Part shown: positions 10,118-16,453 of the stretch, one piece after another
Layout: every line of letters starts with the position of its first letter
How positions within the stretch are numbered: position 1 is the stretch's first letter
NCBI GenBank assembly: GCA_964610875.1
Contig: CAZSWP010000028.1
Location: 28,364 to 56,632, forward strand
Direction: 5' to 3'
From: an uncultured archaeon
GTDB taxonomy: Archaea > Asgardarchaeota > Thorarchaeia > Thorarchaeales > Thorarchaeaceae
Length of the DNA stretch: 28,269 nt
Translations under genes and position numbers: made by a program
Notes under the pieces: generated by a model
The model's database searches: none
The model's input: only the letters and a program-made list of their open reading frames with translations
What the model was told of the DNA's origin: nothing

Positions 10118-10288
10118 TGATGTACCTCCTATGTGATCTAAGCGGTTCCTAGTATCTTATCGCCACGACCAGTTACTCTCAACTACCATAAGATAAAGGC
10201 TATTGTGATAGATATTGCTTGAAACAAATTTGTTACACAAGAGTCGCATAATCTTTTATAATGAGCAATGGCAATAAAATGGCAACCA

Positions 10289-10648
10289 TTAAGAAACCAC
10301 TTCTCCCTGCACATTAGCAACTTCTCTAATCAAAGCGATGGTATCATCAGTGACAATTTCACCCATAATTCCACTCAGAATCTCAACTATCTTCTTATTA
10401 TCAGAAGTAGCTTCTGGGTCATTCTTGTCATGGGAAGTCACAACAAAACCTCTATCTGTGTTTGATATTATAATTCTATATTTATCCAGGGTAATCTCAC
10501 TAACATTTGTACCTGAAGCCTTTTGGCTATACATTTGGATGGCAGATACAAAACCACCAAACATGATTTCATTTATTTTGAAATCACCGAATTCAATTGA
10601 ACCGATTGTTTCTCCTGCATCATTAATGATGTAGACACCTTGTAACAT
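10289..10648 (-). CDS. Longin/roadblock-like small domain protein
   Basis: Pattern VYIIND.G..I ... MFGGFVSAIQMYSQ ... VSEITLDKYRIII, typical of the longin beta-beta-alpha-beta-beta-beta-alpha layout; 119 aa; next to the GTPase. Confidence 0.65.
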   Translation of the reverse strand: MLQGVYIINDAGETIGSIEFGDFKINEIMFGGFVSAIQMYSQKASGTNVSEITLDKYRIIISNTDRGFVVTSHDKNDPEATSDNKKIVEILSGIMGEIVTDDTIALIREVANVQGEVVS

Positions 10649-10660
10649 CAGTAGAGTCTC

Positions 10661-10921
10661 CTAAAAACTGTCCATCCATTTTTGGGTATCATCTACAGCA
10701 GAATCACCTTCGTCTTCTAGGGTAGCTGCCGCATCTTCAACATCTGTAATTGTGAAAATCTTTTCAGCAAAAAGAATAGTAGAATGAACACTCTTGCAAT
10801 TTGCGAGAATGAGTATGTGTACTCTTTCTACTTCGGTTATTGGTTTCTCTTGAACACTGATTCCCTTAATAAGCTCCTTACATACAGAGCAGGGAATCGT
10901 ATTGAGAGTGACTTTCCCCAT
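10661..10921 (-). CDS. Small CxxC...CxxxH putative Zn-binding protein with acidic tail
   Basis: CSVC ... CKSVH-STILF...I.DVE; GGTGA RBS-like motif upstream; ends 12 nt before the longin-like gene; resembles the N-terminus of the ORF at 27800. Confidence 0.6.
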   Translation of the reverse strand: MGKVTLNTIPCSVCKELIKGISVQEKPITEVERVHILILANCKSVHSTILFAEKIFTITDVEDAAATLEDEGDSAVDDTQKWMDSF

Positions 10922-11547
10922 CAGATGTCACCTTTGTTCATTCATGAATGGTCTAGTTTTAACGCATCCCATTATCACTTGACGCATGTGAATGGGATGT
11001 AGTCTAGATGAAACGAACTATATTAACAAATCTTGAATATCCAAGTTCAAAATATTTACAAAAAATGAACTGAAATCTCGATATTTGGTAAAGAAAATCA
11101 AGATTGTTAGTGCCATTGGAATATATCACGATTATGAAACAATCTTCTGTATGTTCATTGACATAACTAGATAATCCAGACCTCTCTAGATAGTATGCTT
11201 TTCGACCAGTTGTAACGTGATGAAAATATGATTCAACATATAATCATCAGAACGTTTGTATTCAATTTTTACACTCCATCTGTTTATTGCTATAAACGAC
11301 TGGAAATCAAAAATATGCAAATGTACTATTAATCTTATTTTAGTCATCCAATTTTTTTATCAAATAGTGTGTACCTTCAAATTCATTACTTTAGTAAGTT
11401 TGTCGACAATATAGGTTATCTTTCATTTATTGAAGGTCTGATAGGGATTCTTATTATAATGCTACCTTTACTTCTTGTAGCAGTACTCTATATTCTAAAA
11501 ATGAGGTATGGATTTGTTGACTATTTAGATGATACTTCTTTGGGGAT

Positions 11548-11880
11548 TCAACTTCGTTCTTTGGGAAATATTGATTCTTGACTAGGCCAGATTTCAGTTC
11601 GTTGACATACACCTAAGATATGACTGCAAATCCTCCTATGTCTAAAGAAGGGACAATTGCAATGATAGCTACCACGGTCATATGTTACATTGTAACGCCC
11701 ATATTTTTGAGATTGGACAACATAATGGAATGCTATGATGTTCTCATCCGAATCTTCTTCACTACTCACAAGTTGTATTCTCTTTGATTGCCGCAGGTAC
11801 TTGCGACTTATTCTGAACTTATTGGCGACCAGTCTATCCTTCGATATCCAATCAGCAATCCAATCAGGAATCTTACTCAT
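11548..11880 (-). CDS. SWIM zinc-finger protein
   Basis: Y.V ... CNCPFFRHRRICSHIL (CxC-xn-CxH). ATG at 11880 chosen; the GTG at 11892 is an alternative start. Confidence 0.8.
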   Translation of the reverse strand: MSKIPDWIADWISKDRLVANKFRISRKYLRQSKRIQLVSSEEDSDENIIAFHYVVQSQKYGRYNVTYDRGSYHCNCPFFRHRRICSHILGVCQRTEIWPSQESIFPKERS

Positions 11881-11916
11881 ATACTTACACAATCACATAA
11901 CTGTTGTATCCAAACT

Positions 11917-12246
11917 TTATCTCAAGTCAAGCAGCTCAACTTCAAATACTAGTGTCGAATTTGCAGGGATTAGACCGTCACCGACTTCACGGTTACCATA
12001 AGCCAATTCCGGGGGGATAATCAACTTCCTCTTGCCGCCAATCTTCATTGTCATGACTCCTTCGTCCCATCCCTTAATGACTTGACCAACACCAATTTTG
12101 AATTCGAAAGGTTCTTCTCTATCACGAGAACTATCGAATTTTGTCCCATCAGTTAACCAACCAGTGTAATGAACTACCACTATTTGTCCTTTCTCAGGAC
12201 AGTTGCCAGTCCCAACAATCTGATCTTCTATCTGCAGTTCTGTCAT
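11917..12246 (-). CDS. FKBP-type peptidyl-prolyl cis-trans isomerase (single FKBP12-like domain)
   Basis: VHYTGWLTDGTKFDSSRDR, GQVIKGWDEG, IPPELAYG, IPANSTLVFEVELL. Confidence 0.96.
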   Translation of the reverse strand: MTELQIEDQIVGTGNCPEKGQIVVVHYTGWLTDGTKFDSSRDREEPFEFKIGVGQVIKGWDEGVMTMKIGGKRKLIIPPELAYGNREVGDGLIPANSTLVFEVELLDLR

Positions 12247-12332
12247 GATTCTTCAAACCCATCACTATCTAAAAAATTATGGCTTACAAATTGGAATGAA
12301 CAATGGTAACCCAATTTTATTGGTAGTTTCAT

Positions 12333-13856
12333 CTACAATTTCGAAGTCTTAAACCACAATTTTAGGATATTCTTCATTACACCATCGTCTCGAACGTATT
12401 CCAGTTGACTATCATAACGATGTAATAGCATGTGAATAGTAAAGAATTCCAATCCAATTGACCTACTGGGTGAAACAGTATCAAAATCGTAGTACAATAG
12501 TGTTGTATCAATCGGTTTACCACTATATTCAATTTCTACAAGGATGATTTGATCTATAGATTCTGTATGAATTGAGATATCCAAAATATCAGTGGGACAC
12601 TCTCCAATAGCTCGTAAAACTATGCTAGTGAATACAAGATCCAATAATTCATCAGCCATGACCATTGCATTTTCATGTACATGGACATCAGCTTCGATTT
12701 GAACATGAGGAACTAATTCAGATGCATTTTTTATCCCCAAATCAATATATTTTAGAAGCTGTACTTTTTTGATGAATTGCTCACTCTCCTTCTTGATTCT
12801 TGAAAGATTTGTTACTTGTCGATTCACAAGAATGGCTTCATTTGTAAGTCGAAGAGCCACTTCGTGTACATCATCCTCTATGGCATCTTTTACGGCATCT
12901 TTGAGGATTTCTAGATACGTAAGTAGACCTTGGAGTAGATTTCCAACTTTATGACTCCACATATCGAGATAGAACTCACTCTCTCTTTGGGAGAGCTGCA
13001 ATTCTTTCGTTCTAGTTGTCACCAAATCTTCAAGAGCTCTATGTGGGTCAATTACGGAAGTGATTATCATTGAAATTCCTATTAATACGAACCCTTCAAT
13101 GACCAAACTGAACCAAATCAGTTCTGCGACTTGAAAAGGACTTGTAAGAACGGATACTAATATTAACGCAGATAACCAAGTTACAAGAGCTATTGCAGAC
13201 GAAAAGGCTACTCGATTTCTAGTATTATACCACTCCCTTGCATACCTGAAAAAGGATATCACCCAAGAAACTCCAATAACTAAAACAAATAGAATAGCTA
13301 TAGGAGTCAGTCCCTTTAAACCACCACTTGGATCAGTGCTGATGAAAACCGGTTGAGGACTCAGGAAGAACCACAGGCTAAGAATGGGCATTATAATTCC
13401 ACCCCACACAGTGTATAAGTTTCGATTTCTTTTGGAAACAGGTGCCTGTCCTGCAAAGGACCCGAGTAAGACACCAGGCATAATTGCTAACCCGATTGCA
13501 ATAGCAATAGACCGATTTCGCTGTCTATCAGCAAATAAGGGAGCCCAGCTTTCAAATGAAGGATGTGTGATGAGAAACAGGAATGAGAGTAACACAACAT
13601 CCAATGCCATGAAAACAGTCACGAGATTCCGGAGCTCGTGATTCTGTGTATAATGTACAAAAGAATAAGTTGCAACAGCACCTGCAGTTGTAGTCAAAAT
13701 TGGTGCTATGATAACCAGCCATGAGGCGATGAATTCGGCACTGTATTCAATCCACATTCTGCCATTTAGAATATACACTAAAGTGATGATCATCATAAAG
13801 CCAAAGATGATCAATAAAAATACCTCGACTTGAGCATTCCTGATTCGTTCTTCCAA
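12333..13856 (-). CDS. Polytopic membrane sensor with degenerate histidine-kinase core
   Basis: About 8 hydrophobic segments, a coiled-coil linker (LEDLVTTRTKEL), H-box-like MWSHKVGNLLQG, and a HATPase-like C-terminus (VMADELLDLVF) with eroded N/G boxes. Confidence 0.7.
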   Translation of the reverse strand: MEERIRNAQVEVFLLIIFGFMMIITLVYILNGRMWIEYSAEFIASWLVIIAPILTTTAGAVATYSFVHYTQNHELRNLVTVFMALDVVLLSFLFLITHPSFESWAPLFADRQRNRSIAIAIGLAIMPGVLLGSFAGQAPVSKRNRNLYTVWGGIIMPILSLWFFLSPQPVFISTDPSGGLKGLTPIAILFVLVIGVSWVISFFRYAREWYNTRNRVAFSSAIALVTWLSALILVSVLTSPFQVAELIWFSLVIEGFVLIGISMIITSVIDPHRALEDLVTTRTKELQLSQRESEFYLDMWSHKVGNLLQGLLTYLEILKDAVKDAIEDDVHEVALRLTNEAILVNRQVTNLSRIKKESEQFIKKVQLLKYIDLGIKNASELVPHVQIEADVHVHENAMVMADELLDLVFTSIVLRAIGECPTDILDISIHTESIDQIILVEIEYSGKPIDTTLLYYDFDTVSPSRSIGLEFFTIHMLLHRYDSQLEYVRDDGVMKNILKLWFKTSKL

Positions 13857-14092
13857 AGTCTATTCCGATCCTTCGAATGGGAGAGAAATCAAATTTGGAC
13901 ATATCAAAAATCTCTGATATATGTATCTCTTAGGTATTTTATGTTCTACTCCAACAAACATAAAACGATGGAACTTTCATGCATAGCATCTTTTGGGTTT
14001 GCTAGTTCTGTTTCAACTCTACGATCTTGCGAGATTACCTAAAACTTGAAAACTATAGATTTTTCAGAAACTGCGGATGATAGTATATCGCT

Positions 14093-14899
14093 ATGACAGA
14101 GGAATTACCAAATACGAGCGATACTGCAAATGCGATCTGGGCAATAAGGAATGAAATCCAAGAACTAGAAAATTCAAAGGATGAGATTATCTCATATCTT
14201 AGAAAAGAGCTAGAGCTAGCAGAATCTGAAGACCATGTATGGATAGGTGATGCGAAGGAAGTATACTACAACATCGTAGCTGCTTGGCAGTTCCTTAATT
14301 CATGCCTGCGACAGGAATCTGAAAAACAAAAGGAGAAAGCAAATTCCAGTTTGAAATTTCTCGAAAAGGCAAAAAGTTACCTAGGTCAATCAGCTAGTGA
14401 ACTGAAAGCACTAAAGAAAGATCAAGCGGCAAAACTGGAGAAGAAATGGAAAGACACTTTCGACACATGCTTTGAGAGTATCTCATTACAACTGGAGAAA
14501 TTCCTAGGTTCACAGAAAGGCAATGTACCTTCTGAATTAATTGAGATGGTTGAGAAGGATGCGTATACTCTTTCCTGTACGGTCTGTGGAAAGGTCACTA
14601 CTGTTTTTATTAGGAGAAAGAAACATTTCGTATATTCAGGGATGCTGATTGAAACACCTCTACGGTATGACTTGGCAGACAAAGTTTTCGAATTCCTGAA
14701 GAAAAAAGATCTGAAGGGTCTACAACAATTTCTTCTGAAAAAATCAAAACTTGAAGAAGGGATGGATGCCTACTGTCCAGAGTGTGATTCAATCTACTGT
14801 CCACTTCATTATGATTTTGAAGAAGAATGGGATGAAGGGTTCTATGACTGTACATATGGAACATGCCCTGAAGGTCATAGAAGAATGGTTCACGATTAG
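14093..14899 (+). CDS. Hypothetical protein: helical N-terminal half, Cys/His-rich C-terminal domain
   Basis: 268 aa ORF with CTVCG ... YCPECDSIYCPLH ... GFYDCTYGTCPEGH. Confidence 0.75.
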   Translation: MTEELPNTSDTANAIWAIRNEIQELENSKDEIISYLRKELELAESEDHVWIGDAKEVYYNIVAAWQFLNSCLRQESEKQKEKANSSLKFLEKAKSYLGQSASELKALKKDQAAKLEKKWKDTFDTCFESISLQLEKFLGSQKGNVPSELIEMVEKDAYTLSCTVCGKVTTVFIRRKKHFVYSGMLIETPLRYDLADKVFEFLKKKDLKGLQQFLLKKSKLEEGMDAYCPECDSIYCPLHYDFEEEWDEGFYDCTYGTCPEGHRRMVHD

Positions 14900-14952
14900 T
14901 CAATAGAGATTTGAGTTTCACATGCCAGAAAAATATAAGACAGAAATTTTTA

Positions 14953-14970
14953 GGAAAAGAAAAGAAGGAA
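14953..14970 (-). terminator. Pyrimidine/U-rich tract after the second SECIS-like copy, putative archaeal terminator
   Basis: Minus strand TTCCTTCTTTTCTTTTCC, in the same position as the tract following the first copy; lies between convergent genes. Confidence 0.45.
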
Positions 14971-14973
14971 TAA

Positions 14974-15042
14974 GCGAGCAACTCTTGCAGGGTCGTCCAG
15001 CTCACCCAAATTTCGGTTGAGCGTTCATCCACCACCCAGCAC
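14974..15042 (-). repeat. Second, diverged copy of the vhuU 3' end plus SECIS-like element
   Basis: Aligns to 16237-16306 at 60/70 positions (9 transitions, 1 gap). Minus strand GUGCUGGGUGGUGG-AUGAA-C-GCUCAACC-GAAAUUU-GGGUGAGC-U-GGAC. Confidence 0.9.
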
Positions 15043-15134
15043 TAGGTCACTTCTGGATGTTTCACACATCCCTCAACCAACAACCGATGAATCATTATTT
15101 CTTACAAAGAAATAAACTGGTTGTGAATGGATAA

Positions 15135-15695
15135 TCAATCCCTACTACTTCGTAGATAGCCTTTCTTGAATTCTAACCACACATCAAGAATACCGAGCGA
15201 GTTACATACTTCTTGAATGTATGCTTCATCCAATTCATCTTCATGTCTAGCAAGGATTCCAAGTGCATCCCGCATATCCTGCTCACCTTGAAAGAACAAT
15301 TTGTTGATGAGAGTGTCTTCAGGAGAACCAAGGTTCAGTGTAATCCCCAAATGGTGAACCTTAATTGCTCTCTCAAGAGTCCTCCTATCGAAGTGCGAAT
15401 TCGCATTTTGTAGGTCAAGTCGTAGAAGGCTATCATCCACAAAAACAGTACAGTGACTTCCTTCTTGTAGTAAGTTCTTCATGGTTTTAGGTTCAACATC
15501 AAAATGGTTTTTATGCAGATAAGAAAACAATGCATCAATTTGTGAATCATTCAAATCAAGAATGAAATCAATATCTACAGTTGTACGAGGAACACCGTGA
15601 TACATTACAGCAATCCCTCCTACAATGACATATTTCATATCATTTTCATTGAGATAGCTGCATACGATCCGCAGTGTTTCTTCAATGTCCGTCAT
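15135..15695 (-). CDS. Nucleotidyltransferase (Pol-beta superfamily; AbiEii/MenT1/DUF6036-like), putative toxin
   Basis: IVGGIAV...PRTTVDIDF (GG + RxTxDxD) and SPEDTLINKL....QDMRD. The ATG at 15695 overlaps the upstream small ORF and is preferred over the GTG at 15707. Confidence 0.8.
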   Translation of the reverse strand: MTDIEETLRIVCSYLNENDMKYVIVGGIAVMYHGVPRTTVDIDFILDLNDSQIDALFSYLHKNHFDVEPKTMKNLLQEGSHCTVFVDDSLLRLDLQNANSHFDRRTLERAIKVHHLGITLNLGSPEDTLINKLFFQGEQDMRDALGILARHEDELDEAYIQEVCNSLGILDVWLEFKKGYLRSSRD

Positions 15696-15846
15696 CTTTC
15701 CTTGCACCTGCCGTTTCTAATGCGATCTTGGAGAGCTCTAACCCCATGATCAATGTATCAATTCCGGTGAACCCTCTTGCTCTAATCGCAGTCATAATCT
15801 GCTCCCTATCTCGACGCTTTCGGACTAGCTCTTTCTGAGTTGACAT
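15682..15846 (-). CDS. 54-aa helical protein, putative cognate antitoxin (not in the ORF track)
   Basis: Manual translation MSTQKELVRKRRDREQIMTAIRARGFTGIDTLIMGLELSKIALETAGARKDDGH*. Overlaps the nucleotidyltransferase start by 14 nt; GTGA RBS-like motif upstream. Confidence 0.65.
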   Translation of the reverse strand: MSTQKELVRKRRDREQIMTAIRARGFTGIDTLIMGLELSKIALETAGARKDDGH

Positions 15847-16215
15847 CAAATCACACATTCTAGATGTTACTATTGCTGATATATTCTCCTTTTCAAAAAA
15901 ATTGTTTCTGATGGTGGGAGCGATTCTTTCTGGTGTGTTTTAATCTACTATCAAATTGAGTATGCTCAGAAAAGTATGTCTGTGAGATTAAATAAGATAT
16001 CCAATGAAACTATCGATTTATCGATATAGATTATGGGCCAGCAATTGCAGAAATCGTTGAATGGTGACCAGTTACTCATGTACATCCATAGTCCCAGATT
16101 TCTGAATTTGATAATTAAACCTCATCAATATCCCTTAGTCAAATTCACTCTGTAAAAAAACAACTACAACAGGTATTAAGAATATTCAAGAATATAATCA
16201 AATGAGTACTTTGAT

Positions 16216-16234
16216 AAAAAAAGAAGGAAGGAAA
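16216..16234 (-). terminator. Oligo-U/pyrimidine tract ending the hdr-mvh-vhuU operon
   Basis: Minus strand TTTCCTTCCTTCTTTTTTT immediately after the GC-rich SECIS structure. Confidence 0.6.
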
Positions 16235-16236
16235 GC

Positions 16237-16306
16237 GCGGGCGACCCTTGCGAGGTCGTCTAGCTCAACCCAAGTTTCGGTTAAGCGTTCATCCACCGCC
16301 CAGCAC
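16237..16306 (-). promoter_or_regulatory. Eukaryote-like SECIS element of vhuU
   Basis: Minus strand AUGAA-C-GCUUAACC-GAAACUUG-GGUUGAGC-U-AGAC: UGAN/NGAN core with tandem G.A pairs, an 8-bp upper helix and apical AAA. A lower helix GGGCGG/UCGCCC is possible. Lies about 84 nt downstream of the in-frame UGA. Confidence 0.85.
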
Positions 16307-16438
16307 AAGTTCCTTCGTTGCTATCTCGCGACCCTCATCGTCCACAATCGTTAGATGAGCGCCGCAGGATAGTCAGCAGTCATAGCACCGCACAACCATC
16401 TCGAGGAGGTTGAGCAGTCCTTCGGGTATTTCTTTCAT
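16289..16438 (-). CDS. vhuU: Selenocysteine-containing small subunit of F420-non-reducing [NiFeSe] hydrogenase (VhuU-like), 49 aa, Sec22 (not in the ORF track)
   Basis: MKEIPEGLLNLLEMVVRCYDC-U-LSCGAHLTIVDDEGREIATKELVLGGG*. The in-frame TGA at 16373-16375 occupies the first Cys of the DPCxSCxxH Ni-binding motif. GAGGT RBS at 16448-16452. The upstream MvhA lacks this motif. Confidence 0.93.
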
Positions 16439-16453
16439 TTTGATATTACCTCT

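Noticed and set aside
10167-10178. 12-mer GACCAGTTACTC repeated near 16066
   Set aside because: Exact 12-mer pairs are expected by chance in 28 kb, and the flanks do not extend.
11369-11581. 70-aa ORF with one hydrophobic helix
   Set aside because: GTG start without a clear RBS, AT-rich context, and overlaps the SWIM gene end. It could be debris of a membrane-anchored protein but cannot be supported.
14610-15035. 141-aa minus-strand ORF starting inside the second SECIS copy
   Set aside because: Mostly antisense to 14093-14899, no motifs, and starts within a structured repeat.
16237-16306. GC-rich structured repeat considered as a tRNA (e.g. tRNA-Sec) or CRISPR repeat
   Set aside because: No cloverleaf, T-loop or acceptor end; only two copies, 1.26 kb apart. 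The SECIS model fits better.
16292-16309. VhuU C-terminus LVLGGG resembles a ubiquitin-like di-glycine end
   Set aside because: The tail is too short for a beta-grasp fold, is expected to be cleaved after His28, and the Gly codons are explained by SECIS pairing.
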